From NCBI GenBank assembly GCA_965214835.1, contig CBDCCK010000002.1:2592001-2656000 (forward strand): a DNA stretch of 64,000 nucleotides. Reading direction: 5' to 3'. The notes under the pieces were generated by a model that did not search any database, was not told where the DNA came from, and was given only the letters and a program-made list of their open reading frames with translations. The DNA is from Nitrosopumilaceae archaeon. GTDB lineage: Archaea; Thermoproteota; Nitrososphaeria; Nitrososphaerales; Nitrosopumilaceae. The position numbers and the translations under genes are program-made. Positions within the stretch are counted from its first letter, which is position 1; every line of letters starts with the position of its first letter. Shown here in pieces: positions 21,125 through 31,826 of this stretch.

Positions 21125-24100
21125 ATGATTGTTCTGCATGCCGGCGCGGCCGACAACGGCATGGCGTTCTGGGGCGAGATCGCAGGCGACGGTAAGTCTC
21201 GCAGGCCCGCAAGGGGCAGGAAGGCCAAAATCAGCAGGCACCCGTACTCTGCTACCGAGCAGGAGATCAGCGACAGGTTTGCAGCGCAGAGGGGCATGAA
21301 GGCCAGGGGGCGCCCCGTCGCTGCAAGCGTATGGCTTCCAAGTACGGGGGACGGCCCCCTCCCTTCGGGCGGGGGCGGCATGCAGCCAGGATCCGGCGTG
21401 GAGATCAGCCTCATGCGGTGGGGGATCAAGGCGGTATTGCTCTCGTGGATGGACTCCATACGGGTGCTCTCAGAGGTGGTGCGCAACAGGGATGTCGTGG
21501 CCGGGATGGCCGTCGGCCCTGACCTTGCATACTGGGCCGACGTCCTGCGCCTTGCCGCATCGATGGTGGCGTGCCAGAAGTTCATACCGGATATGTCGAC
21601 GTATGACGGCTCGTGCGAGGCATACTGGATCCCCCTGACCACAAGCAGGGACCGGGAACGGCTCGACGTCCTGGCAGCCCGCATGCCGCCGGCCGCCCGC
21701 GCGCTTGATCACGCCAAGAAGACCATACCCAGGGAGCCGCCCACCAGGTTGCTCTACACTGCTTGGGCCGGCCTAGTCGACGGCATCGTGCGCGCCAGGG
21801 CGTTGGCAGGGGTGCCGCGAGGATATACCAGGCGGAGATACTTTGACAGCACGCATGACGGCTGGCTTCACTCCCTGAGGACCGAGTACCCCGCCATGGG
21901 TGACTACCCGGTCGTCACCGCGTTTGAGGAAAGGGTACACGTATGGCAGCGCCCGCTCGCCTACCTGAGCGACCCGCTTCTAAGGATGTGCCTCCGCCTC
22001 GAGGATCCCCAAGAGGGCGTGGACGGATCCGGCCTGTACTGGCCCATCAGGTACTTTGTACAGTCCCGCAAGGATCCCGGCCTCATGGTTCCTGCCGACG
22101 AGATATGGAGTAAAAAGACTGCCATTCCGGGGCTCGACGGCGCATATGCAAGGGGGTTCATGATGACAGCGCTTGGGAACGCCACCACGATAGTAGACGG
22201 AATGTCCGAGGGCATAAAAAAGTACGGGGTGGCAGGATATGCCGTCGGCACCGCCGAGGCCCACAGGTTCCTGCGCGAGGAGGCGCCTGTCCTAGAGCAG
22301 TTCGGATACGGCGTCATGCTGCCCTCGTGGTGGGCCGGCGGCCGCGCGGGGGCCGGGCTGAGGGCGCGTGCCAGCGTGACATCAAGAATGAAGACCGGCA
22401 GGATGCTGGACATAAACTCCCTGGTCAGCTTCGACTGGAAGCTTGCCCTAGGGGATCAGGGCATCACGCTGGACGAGCTGCGGGGGCTGGCAGAGGAGAA
22501 GGCGCCGCTGGTCAACATGTACGGCAGGTGGATCGAGACGGGGTCAGAGGAGATCCGGCGCACGATAGACTTTGTGACAGAAAACGAGACGGCCACCGTC
22601 CGCGACGCGGTAATGATGGAGATCGGTGCAGGCACAGCGCCCGAGTGGGTGGATCTCGATGTCTCCAGCAGCGACGACAGGATTGCCGGCATGATGGGGA
22701 TGCTCAGGGGGGACGCGGCGATGAAGGAGCTGCCGCAGCCCGAGGGGTTCGAAGGCACGCTGCGCCCGTACCAGCTGCGCGGATACTCGTGGCTGTCGTT
22801 CCTGCAGGAGATCGGCATGGGCGGGTGCCTGGCCGACGACATGGGGCTGGGCAAGACCGTCCAGGTGCTGGCGCTGATCCAGCAGTACAGGCTGGACGGC
22901 GGGAGGCAGCCGGTACTCCTAGTCTGCCCGACGTCGGTGATGGACAACTGGAGGAGGGAGGCCGCCAGGTTCGCCCCCGGCATCTCGGTGGCAGTCCACC
23001 ACGGATCGGACAGGAGGAGGGGCGACGCGTTTGCAGAAGAGGCCGCAGGACACGACGTGATAGTCTCCAGCTACGGTCTGATACAGCGCGACATAGAATC
23101 GATCAGCAAGGTCAGGTGGGGGGGCGTGGTGCTTGACGAGGCGCAGAACATCAAGAACGCCGACACCAAGCAGGCGCGTGCAGTCAGGACGCTGGATGCC
23201 GGGTTTCGCTTTGCGCTGACGGGCACGCCCGTCGAGAACAACGTCGGCGACATCTGGTCGATAATGGAGTTTCTTAACCCCGGGCTGCTCGGGACCCGGG
23301 CCGAGTTTAGGCGGAATTTTTTTGCGCCCATACAGACGAGGAGGGACGCCGCGGCAACCGAGACGCTCAGGCGCATAGTAAGCCCGTTCATGCTGCGCAG
23401 GCTCAAGACGGACAGGTCGGTGATCTCGGACCTGCCAGAAAAGATGGAGGCCAACACCTACTGCTCGCTGACCCGCGAGCAGGCCTCCCTGTATGCTGCC
23501 GTGCTCAAGGATCTCGAGGAGGGGATCAGCTCGGCCGAAGGCATACAGCGAAAGGGGCTCATACTGGCAGCGCTGACCAAGCTCAAGCAGATCTGCAACC
23601 ATCCGGCGCATTTTCTCAAGGACGGCTCGTCCATACCGGACCGGTCCGGCAAGCTGTCAAGGCTGACTGAGATGCTCGAGGAGGTGACAGAGTCCGGCGA
23701 TCAGGCGCTGATATTCACCCAGTTCGTCGAGATGGGCGAGATACTCAGACGGCACATATGTGAGACGACCGGCCGCGAGGTGCCGTTCCTGCACGGCGGG
23801 ACGCCGAGAAGGCAGCGCGACGTGATGGTAGAAAGGTTCCAGGACGGCGGATCAGGGGTGCTTGTGGTCTCGCTCAAGGCTGGGGGTACAGGTCTGAACC
23901 TGACGGCGGCAAACCACGTGTTTCACTTTGACCGCTGGTGGAACCCGGCAGTCGAGGACCAGGCCACCGACAGGGCGTTTCGCATAGGGCAGGAGCGCAA
24001 CGTCCAGGTACACAAGATGATATGCTCCGGTACGCTAGAAGAGCGGATAGACGAGATGATACGCCGCAAGAAGGAGATATCCGACGAGGTGATCGGCACC

Positions 24101-24181
24101 GGCGAGGGCTGGCTGACGAGCCTTTCTGATGATGACATCCGCAAGGTGCTGTCTCTGAGCAGGGAGGCCATCCAGATATGA
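21125..24181 (+). CDS. SNF2-family helicase/translocase (HelZ/YwqA-like, DUF3670 region)
   Basis: LRPYQ, LADDMGLGKT, LDEAQNIKN, LTGTPVEN, LRRLK, LIFTQF, GGTGLNLT and WWNPAVEDQATDRAFRIGQ. Confidence 0.95.
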   Translation: MIVLHAGAADNGMAFWGEIAGDGKSRRPARGRKAKISRHPYSATEQEISDRFAAQRGMKARGRPVAASVWLPSTGDGPLPSGGGGMQPGSGVEISLMRWGIKAVLLSWMDSIRVLSEVVRNRDVVAGMAVGPDLAYWADVLRLAASMVACQKFIPDMSTYDGSCEAYWIPLTTSRDRERLDVLAARMPPAARALDHAKKTIPREPPTRLLYTAWAGLVDGIVRARALAGVPRGYTRRRYFDSTHDGWLHSLRTEYPAMGDYPVVTAFEERVHVWQRPLAYLSDPLLRMCLRLEDPQEGVDGSGLYWPIRYFVQSRKDPGLMVPADEIWSKKTAIPGLDGAYARGFMMTALGNATTIVDGMSEGIKKYGVAGYAVGTAEAHRFLREEAPVLEQFGYGVMLPSWWAGGRAGAGLRARASVTSRMKTGRMLDINSLVSFDWKLALGDQGITLDELRGLAEEKAPLVNMYGRWIETGSEEIRRTIDFVTENETATVRDAVMMEIGAGTAPEWVDLDVSSSDDRIAGMMGMLRGDAAMKELPQPEGFEGTLRPYQLRGYSWLSFLQEIGMGGCLADDMGLGKTVQVLALIQQYRLDGGRQPVLLVCPTSVMDNWRREAARFAPGISVAVHHGSDRRRGDAFAEEAAGHDVIVSSYGLIQRDIESISKVRWGGVVLDEAQNIKNADTKQARAVRTLDAGFRFALTGTPVENNVGDIWSIMEFLNPGLLGTRAEFRRNFFAPIQTRRDAAATETLRRIVSPFMLRRLKTDRSVISDLPEKMEANTYCSLTREQASLYAAVLKDLEEGISSAEGIQRKGLILAALTKLKQICNHPAHFLKDGSSIPDRSGKLSRLTEMLEEVTESGDQALIFTQFVEMGEILRRHICETTGREVPFLHGGTPRRQRDVMVERFQDGGSGVLVVSLKAGGTGLNLTAANHVFHFDRWWNPAVEDQATDRAFRIGQERNVQVHKMICSGTLEERIDEMIRRKKEISDEVIGTGEGWLTSLSDDDIRKVLSLSREAIQI

Positions 24182-25104
24182 CACGATACGGCCGGCACGA
24201 TTCGATCAGGGCGACCAAGCGGTGCATCAGGATGAAGGCGGACTCGGACTGGCCGCAAAGCGGGCCTGTCCGCGGGTGGATGTACATGCTGGGCGCATCA
24301 TGCGCCGGTGAAGGCAAGGGTCGCCACCACGACGTCAGGAATCTTCCCTATTTCGAGATTATGGAGGCTGCAAAGGCCGACACAACCACGAATCTCGGCA
24401 GGACGCATGCACAAAGCGGACACGTGACAGCATTGAATGTGTACGTCGGACAGGTCAGTGCGTGGGTGCAGGAGCCAGGGGAATTTACATGCAGGGTGGA
24501 CATGTGGATCGACGTGATTAACACGCCCGCGTGGAAGAGGCTGGCAGAGTCGCTGTCCACGCGGCCGGACATGGCCTCAGAAATCCTTACAAGAAGGATG
24601 CCCGACCACATAGAGTATGCATTCGAGTCAGCCGGCCTGCGCCTCTTTCCCACAAGGGACGAGATCAAGGTCGAGTGCCTGTGCAGTGACGGGGCCAAAC
24701 TGTGCAGACATGCCATGGCCGCCTTCTTCGTGCTTGCCCAGGAGTGCGAACACAATCCCTTCTTGATGTTCGCGCTGCGCGGGTGCGATATAACGGATCT
24801 GCTGGAGGCGGCAGGCCTCAGCCCCACTCCAGAGGCGATGCCGGAGATCAGCAGTGATCCCGACGAGCCGACATCTGAGCCCCTGCCTGCGGATCCGGAC
24901 GTCTTCTGGGGCAGGAATGCGGACGCATACGATCACGGGGACGCGTTTATCCTCGCCACAAACGCCGTGGCACCCAAGATGCTCGGGGAGTTCCCGTTCT
25001 GGCAGGGCAGCGACGACTTTACCCCGATAATAGAAAGGATATACCGCGAGGCGTCCCAGGACGGCATGAGGCTGTTCCGGGGGGAGCCGCGCGACGGCAT
25101 CTAA
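24178..25104 (+). CDS. SWIM zinc-finger protein
   Basis: CLC-x6-CRH SWIM motif, 'LFP' and 'PFLMFALRG'. ATGA overlap with the SNF2 gene. Confidence 0.88.
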   Translation: MTRYGRHDSIRATKRCIRMKADSDWPQSGPVRGWMYMLGASCAGEGKGRHHDVRNLPYFEIMEAAKADTTTNLGRTHAQSGHVTALNVYVGQVSAWVQEPGEFTCRVDMWIDVINTPAWKRLAESLSTRPDMASEILTRRMPDHIEYAFESAGLRLFPTRDEIKVECLCSDGAKLCRHAMAAFFVLAQECEHNPFLMFALRGCDITDLLEAAGLSPTPEAMPEISSDPDEPTSEPLPADPDVFWGRNADAYDHGDAFILATNAVAPKMLGEFPFWQGSDDFTPIIERIYREASQDGMRLFRGEPRDGI

Positions 25105-25195
25105 CGGTACGTCACGGAGCGGGGCCCGGGGGGCGAGACCGTCCACCGGCACCACCCGCCGAAAGCATTATTTTCCAGCGGATTCCAGAAAGGGC

Positions 25196-26233
25196 GTGCC
25201 CTCCTTTGACGACTTTACCGAGTGCGAGTTTGAGAGGATATTCCTAAACATCCTGAATCTGACTTCCAAGGACAACACGTACAAGTTCGCCCTCGCCCGG
25301 TTCCTCCTGGATTACAGCAGAGAGCACGGGCCCCGGGGGGCGCACGTCGGGTTCCATACCATGGCAGAGTACTTTCTCAGCTACTATTGGCCGCAGGTCT
25401 GCAAGCTAAAGATGAAGCACGCCCCGCAGTCGACGAAAAAGCCGATGATAGTCAGCATAATAGAGAAGGAGTTTGACAGGCCGTACTATCCACAGGCATA
25501 CCCCCAGATACTGGCCGAGGAGCCAGAAAGGATCAACAGGTGCGTAGAGTCGATCGTGAAGAGATGTTTTCACAACGTGACATGGAGGTTCCAGCGAATA
25601 AGGACGAACGGGGCGACCGAGGTAACGGCGTTTTACAGCTATACCATCAAGAGGGTCGTCAACCGCAACAAGAAATACGTGGATCTCGACGCTGGCATAA
25701 CGCTCAACCCCGAGGCGATGGCGTTTCTCAAGAAATACAACGTCGTCCTGCTAAAGGCAACAATACTGGAATGGGCCCGATTCCTTGAGCAGATGAACCT
25801 GGGACTGCCAAAGATAATCACAAAGACGGAGGGAAAGAGCATTTCAAGGAGGGGCCTCTCAAGGTACAAGCGGAGGCTAAGGCCGCTGTTTGAAAGGTGC
25901 TTTTACTGTAACGGCGTCCTAGAGGAGGGATCAAAGACGCACGTGGAGCACGTGATACCGTTTGACTATATCGCAGAGGACAACATATGGAACCTTGCCC
26001 TGGCATGCAAGCCGTGCAACATGAGGAAGCTCGGCGCCCTGCCCCCAATGAAGTTCATAGAAAAGATCACAGACAGGAACCGCAGGTACAGGGAGGCGAT
26101 ACCGGGCCTGGACAGGTCACTGCGCAGGCTTGACTCGGACTTTGGACGCATAATAAGGAACCATTACGAGACGGCCAAATCCCACGGGTACATGGTCCTA
26201 GAGAGATTTCCGGACTCTGGTCCTGCAGGATAG
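25196..26233 (+). CDS. HNH endonuclease with N-terminal 'TYKFAL' domain
   Basis: CFYC...HVEHVIP...NLALACKPCNMRK. Confidence 0.9.
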   Translation: MPSFDDFTECEFERIFLNILNLTSKDNTYKFALARFLLDYSREHGPRGAHVGFHTMAEYFLSYYWPQVCKLKMKHAPQSTKKPMIVSIIEKEFDRPYYPQAYPQILAEEPERINRCVESIVKRCFHNVTWRFQRIRTNGATEVTAFYSYTIKRVVNRNKKYVDLDAGITLNPEAMAFLKKYNVVLLKATILEWARFLEQMNLGLPKIITKTEGKSISRRGLSRYKRRLRPLFERCFYCNGVLEEGSKTHVEHVIPFDYIAEDNIWNLALACKPCNMRKLGALPPMKFIEKITDRNRRYREAIPGLDRSLRRLDSDFGRIIRNHYETAKSHGYMVLERFPDSGPAG

Positions 26234-27055
26234 CAGGTAAAAAATCCCCCCAGACAGGCTTGTGATGCGGGACCGTCATGCTACGACGCAGGCCGGATCG
26301 TTAACTATTATAGGATTCTATAACAAACGGATTCGCTATTATAGGAAACGGCGTTTTTCTTTAATTGGGTATTGTTTTGGACTCTAGTTTGGCCGTGACA
26401 CGATCCTGAATGTCCTCAGGGAGTTTCTCCCACTTGAACACGCTGAACTTGAGACCCATGATGATGTCGGAGACCGACAGGTATTCGTTATCACAATGGG
26501 ATGCAAACGTATTCTTTATGTTTCTCTCAGATGAACTCGACGTGACCATTTTTCTTAACCCTCACTATGGTTTCTTGGTCGTACTTGCTTTTAAGTGTCT
26601 TAAGAGGGTAATCGGTCAGGTTGGGCACAAGGCCAATTTTTGATCACCGCGAGATCCACATGGACTCAAGCCGTATCTGGGTTCACTGTCTGATTAGGAG
26701 ACCAAGATACTGCGCGACGAGCTGGCCTGCGTCATAACGGAGAGCGACAAGGGGGGGAAGAAATCCCACCACGCAGCTTGCCGAGGCCACGGCGAAAATC
26801 TCCATGCAGAAAGTCAGGCAGCCCTATCAAAAGATGCAACAGCTCGGACTCGAAGCCGTTCCTGATTTCAGACATGAATCTGTCCTAGTGGGCCTCCGGG
26901 GTGGCAAAGCTCACGTCTGAGCTTCCAGAGCCCGAGCTGTTGCCTACAAACTACAAGTCATCTGTAAAGTTGCTTGACAAATCTACAAAAAGATCCGGAC
27001 ATTTGCACGGCTTCTAATTATGAGCCACTTCTCAATACTGCCAAAACAAAACATT

Positions 27056-28291
27056 TCATCGCGTAGGATCCATCACTCTGCCCATAAACAGAATCTGTTC
27101 TGAATGATTATCTTGTATTATGTACACAAATGGATGATTCGCCCTGAATATGACTGGCGGCCCTGATTGGAGTTTTGCCATGGTACCGGTAGCCGCTGCG
27201 GCCTCCGTGCCTAATTCATTTACCTCGACTGCAGCCTTGTGAGCTGCCTTGTCTATGTAGATTCCCGGATAGTCTGCAATGCCGCCAAGATCTGCCTTGT
27301 CTTTATCAAAAGGCAAGTCCATCCCCATCCGTATTAGCAATTTTTTTAGATCATAGTACGCTTCCGCCGTAAATTTTGGGATGTACACCCCTGCCACGGT
27401 TTCTGACAGCTGCGATCTCCATTTTTTCAAGTTCGAGTTTGACATCTCTCTTTCTAGTTTTGAAATCTGATTTTTTTCTGTTGGCAGCATTACTAGCATC
27501 GATATTTTATCGCCCTTGTATGGCAACTCTATGATTTCTACGATATCGTTTTGCATGTGCCTGATGGGGTTCATCTCATTATTCATCATATGAACCGTTA
27601 CTGTCTCGTCGTTGCTTACAAAGAATTCTGATTCCCACGTGAATCCCGGTTCAAAGGGATGCAGCCATTCCCCCTTGAAGTAAATTGCATTTGTAATTGC
27701 AACGAGTGTGAGGATGTCCGTAGATCCTAGTTCAAACAGCTTCTTGATCTTGCCATTTGTCTCTTCGTTTACCCATGAGTTTATTGTGTTTACCCCTTGA
27801 TCTGATACAAAATTCACATTTTGAACAGAGCCATCATAATGGTTTTTTGCAACATCTACGTACCCTGAATTTAATTCGTACTTGTCTGATATCCAAAGCG
27901 CATTTGCAGTATTCAATGAGTATTGAGAATTTTGCACGTTCAGAATCTTTGTTGCGTTGTAGTATTGCCCTCTTCTCTGTGTGTCGTCTAACTCAAAACC
28001 AAACCTGTTTTGCATACTTTCTGCAGTGTCTCCTTTGGCACCTTCATACACCATTGCAAAAACTGCGTCTATGCTGACTGGTGAAAAAAATAGGTTTTCA
28101 TCGCTGTCTGATATGTGTGAATACAGCTCAAAACCAAACTCGTTTGTTTGCCTTGCCAGACTCTCATTTGACCACGATTCATCCGGGCCACTCCGGCCTT
28201 CCGGCGTTATTCGGGCATCTGTATACTCGTACACTAAATACGCACCTAAAATGGCTATGGCCACAGCAATTCCCAGAATCTTTGCATTCAT
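27056..28291 (-). CDS. Serpin with N-terminal signal/TM anchor
   Basis: NLFFSPVSI, NAIYFKGEW, hinge ELGTEAAAAT and FRANHPF. Confidence 0.95.
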   Translation of the reverse strand: MNAKILGIAVAIAILGAYLVYEYTDARITPEGRSGPDESWSNESLARQTNEFGFELYSHISDSDENLFFSPVSIDAVFAMVYEGAKGDTAESMQNRFGFELDDTQRRGQYYNATKILNVQNSQYSLNTANALWISDKYELNSGYVDVAKNHYDGSVQNVNFVSDQGVNTINSWVNEETNGKIKKLFELGSTDILTLVAITNAIYFKGEWLHPFEPGFTWESEFFVSNDETVTVHMMNNEMNPIRHMQNDIVEIIELPYKGDKISMLVMLPTEKNQISKLEREMSNSNLKKWRSQLSETVAGVYIPKFTAEAYYDLKKLLIRMGMDLPFDKDKADLGGIADYPGIYIDKAAHKAAVEVNELGTEAAAATGTMAKLQSGPPVIFRANHPFVYIIQDNHSEQILFMGRVMDPTR

Positions 28292-28381
28292 CCTCAATCG
28301 TTGATCCTGTACCCGACTATTTATGGAGTGTCCGGCTCGTCCAAGGCGTCTTCTGTCTCTAGACAATTTGTACATTGCAGA

Positions 28382-28753
28382 TCACAGGTTCGTGAATAAA
28401 ATCGATCCTCCCCGGATGAACCCTCTGACGTCAAGCTGAATGCTGGAGGCTTTCAGGTATTCTGACAGCCTGTGCCTCATCTCCTCAAACGAGTACTCGG
28501 AGACCGGCACATCCATCCTTGACTTGTTCCAGTACTGCTCCATCCCACTGGCCTCAGGCGCTGCAGCCGGCATGTACGTGGCCCTCAGACGATCCTCGCC
28601 CCTGGTGTAATCACTGCGGTGTATGCCGAGGCGCCCATTACGACATGGACCTTGCCCGTCCGCAGCTCGTCCAGGCGGGCCTTCATGCCGCCCCTCTTGA
28701 AGAGCTGCACCCGACGGCGTACCCAAGTCGCTTACAAAAAACGATGGCCCCAC
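28382..28753 (-). pseudogene. IS630-family transposase 3' remnant
   Basis: 'YMPAAAPEASGMEQYWNK...LSEYL' is a degenerate LPxxSPxLNxIExxW motif. Confidence 0.7.
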
Positions 28754-28914
28754 AATCAGTTTCCTATTTTATGGGGTCCACTCCAGAAACAACCCTTTGT
28801 GTGCCACACGTAAAAGCCGGCCCCGATCAGCCACGTATATTATAAAAACAAAAATCAAAGAATTTTTTTATAAAAAAATAATTTTTATAAACTAGGCGTA
28901 CCCTAGTACACAAG

Positions 28915-30168
28915 ATGGGCAATATTTGGGCAGATCTTGGGCTGGATGGCAACCCATATGATCCAAGGCCGCTTTCAATTGATGCACGCGGCAGAAAACT
29001 GTTCGTAGGCCGTGCAAAAACGCTTGACGAGTTTAACATCCTACTAAGCAGTACAGGGGGCGGCATGGTGATAGTTGAAGGCGGAGTCGGGGTAGGCAAG
29101 ACGAGCTTTGTAAACATCTGCCTGTATGACAAGCTCAAATCAGACAGCTATCTTCCCTGTGACAAAATAGAGCTGGATGGCAACATGGACGTTGTCCAGT
29201 TTGTTCTTTCGGTTTTTTCAAACATGTTTCACAGCCTTGAAAAGTATGACAGGACAAAAAGACTGGGCAGGTTTTCAGTACACGGAGAGGCAAGGGTGCT
29301 GTTGAGCCAAACAATCCAGTCCAGCTGGAGTGGCAGCATACAGGTTCTCGGGACAGGCGGGGGAATAGGTAGACAAAAATCCACAACGGCACCGACTGCC
29401 GTTGTCCTCTCATCCATTATTCCGGTCATGAGCAAGTGGGTGAGTCTTGTCACAAACAAGCTGAATTACTCTGCCATCGTTGTTCCAATCAACAACCTAG
29501 ATATTGTCGACGATGCAGATATCGTGGATTTTTTAAATAGGGTAAGGGATACCCTGACTGGGTTCAACGGAGTGTGGTGGGTACTTGTTGGCAAGCCAAA
29601 CCTATTTTCATTGCTTGAAGGAAAGGCAAGCAGAGTAAGTGAAATGATAACTGGAAGTCCAGTCAAGCTAAGTCCATTACCAAAAAAAGAGATACACGAA
29701 ATGATAGAACTACGAATCAAGAACCTTTCAAAAAATAAGATAAAGCCTCCCATTCCGGAAAAAGTAATAGACATTCTTTATGATGTCTCAAAGGGGGAGG
29801 CAAGATACATACTAAAGAGATGCGGCGATCTCATACTCAAGTTTCATGCAAAATTTCCCTCAGAGAAGACAATTCCAGAGAAAACGGCCATCGAGATGCT
29901 GTCCTTCATGGCCAGGGAAAAAATTGAGGCCATCAATCTTTCAAGCTCGGACAGAAAGACGCTGGAACGGATGGCTAAAAAGGGCAGGTTTCAAAACAAG
30001 AGCTACAAGCAGTTTGGCAAGCCATCTGCTCAGAATTTTAACCACCTGACTAAAAAGCTGCTTTCACAGGGATTGATAGCCAGGGAGGAGTCAACCGGCA
30101 GGGATGTATACTATCATACAACGGGGGACGTCAACATGGTTTTTGCAGCCAGGCAAAATGCGCCATAA
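28915..30168 (+). CDS. AAA+/P-loop ATPase with C-terminal winged helix
   Basis: NPY..PL..FVGR and Walker A GGVGVGKTS. The Walker B position reads VVPINNLD. Confidence 0.8.
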   Translation: MGNIWADLGLDGNPYDPRPLSIDARGRKLFVGRAKTLDEFNILLSSTGGGMVIVEGGVGVGKTSFVNICLYDKLKSDSYLPCDKIELDGNMDVVQFVLSVFSNMFHSLEKYDRTKRLGRFSVHGEARVLLSQTIQSSWSGSIQVLGTGGGIGRQKSTTAPTAVVLSSIIPVMSKWVSLVTNKLNYSAIVVPINNLDIVDDADIVDFLNRVRDTLTGFNGVWWVLVGKPNLFSLLEGKASRVSEMITGSPVKLSPLPKKEIHEMIELRIKNLSKNKIKPPIPEKVIDILYDVSKGEARYILKRCGDLILKFHAKFPSEKTIPEKTAIEMLSFMAREKIEAINLSSSDRKTLERMAKKGRFQNKSYKQFGKPSAQNFNHLTKKLLSQGLIAREESTGRDVYYHTTGDVNMVFAARQNAP

Positions 30169-30295
30169 ACGGCAAGTCTGAAGAAGCCAAACAGATCAAG
30201 CTGGAGAAGGGGGACCATAGTCAACACATAAAAAAACGGACAATTGTGACAATTGTTTTTGATCCAAGGATTAAGATCAGGCAGGCCACGCGCAC

Positions 30296-30640
30296 ATGCA
30301 TGGACACACAGAAAAAGCAACTCGTAGCATCGGGGGCAAGTTCCTGCCAAACACGTCACGCTCCTACCTCCTCAAGGCGTACGAGACCGACAAGAGAAAG
30401 CGCGACAGGCTGCTTGCATACATGCAGCGCAAGGACGGCAGCAGCATATCACAGATAGCAAAGAGCCTCTGCCGGCCAACGTCTGCCATATCAGAGTGGC
30501 TCAACTGCGCACAAGACGGGGGGACACGCGCAAGGCACGAGCGGCCAGACAGGGGACGCAAGCACAAGCTGAGCGAGTCGAAGATGAGCCAGCTTTACGC
30601 GGATCTCAAGGCGGGCCCCGGGGACTGCGGACAATGTCTG
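30296..30640 (+). pseudogene. IS630-family transposase 5' (HTH) remnant
   Basis: 'DRLLAYMQRKDGSSISQIAKSL...WL...RGRKHKLS'. Truncated by the right half of MITE family D. Confidence 0.75.
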
Positions 30641-30903
30641 GTATTTCAGGAGGGCATGACGGCTTGTCTGAGGGAGCAAGCCCCCCCTCCATGACGTCAG
30701 AGCCGGGGCACTTTTCACTTGGCTGTTTTAATGAAAGCATTCTAAAAAACAGTCAGTTTGCCTGCTGTCCTGCGCGGCCTGCGCGCACGCCCAGTCCCTG
30801 TACGAGCATGTCCCGCCCGAAATACAGCTACGGCCAGGCCGCAATCCACCAGACACGCGCTTGGGTCACTACACATATTATCTCATTTGGCGCAATGTGA
30901 CGC

Positions 30904-31560
30904 ATGCGAACTCGTGCAGGCAGACAAGGTTCCAGTCTGGCAGGCAGCAGACATGCTGTTGTCGCCTGCACCATTTCTGCATCCCTGTTTCTATTGGCAT
31001 TCATTTTCCCCGCGTCGGCGCCGGCGCTTGCACAGCCGGACCCCGAATACGTTCCCACATGGGTCCGCGACCTCGCCCTGTTGTTTGATAGTGGCGGCAT
31101 CACCGCTGCCGAATTCGACGCGGCGCTGACATACCTGATGAGCAACGACATTCTGGATTTCGGTAGTATAGATCCTTCAGAGGCTGACAATCCAGAGATG
31201 GTCAAGGGAATGATGGTGCGCGTCATAGACGGCAACACGGTGCACATAGACAGCACGAGAATAAGGCTGTCGTTGGTTGACGTAGAGAACAGCGGGGACA
31301 CGGAGGCCCCGCACGCCGTCCTTGCCAGAATCCTGTGCCCGGTTGGCTTGGCGACATATCACGACGTTGACGACATGCAGCCAGTAGACGTGTATGGCAG
31401 GACGGTTGCAGTCGTGTACTGCTCCGGTGCATCACTCAACCAACTGATGGTGGAGTTTGGGCTCGGTTGGATAAACGAGTACTATTGTCCGCGGTCCGAG
31501 TTTCACGACGAGGGGTGGGCGTGGCCATGCGCCGATGTCGTACATGGCAGAGCGGGCTGA
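30904..31560 (+). CDS. Secreted thermonuclease (SNase)-like protein with thaumarchaeal surface domain
   Basis: Signal peptide, 'VPTWVR...G.I...EF..AL.YL' domain, then VIDGNT, RIRLSLVD and DVYGRTVA. Confidence 0.8.
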   Translation: MRTRAGRQGSSLAGSRHAVVACTISASLFLLAFIFPASAPALAQPDPEYVPTWVRDLALLFDSGGITAAEFDAALTYLMSNDILDFGSIDPSEADNPEMVKGMMVRVIDGNTVHIDSTRIRLSLVDVENSGDTEAPHAVLARILCPVGLATYHDVDDMQPVDVYGRTVAVVYCSGASLNQLMVEFGLGWINEYYCPRSEFHDEGWAWPCADVVHGRAG

Positions 31561-31826
31561 CCGGCTTAGGACCCCCAGCAGATGTGCCGATGCCGCGATT
31601 TTGCGTGCTGGATCTGAAAACGCCCGGTTTTGCCCCAGTACCCCAAAATGCACATGCAAAGTGGTCACGTGATGGGTGCATCATGTAGGGTGGCAAAAAA
31701 CACAGGTTTCGCGTTCCTGATTTAAAATTCATATGGTAATTGATCTGATTTCAAGTGAGCCGCACAACCCGGCGCAAACCTGTGCAGTATCGTGTTTCCA
31801 CAAACGCCTGTTGCCGCAGTCTAGGC

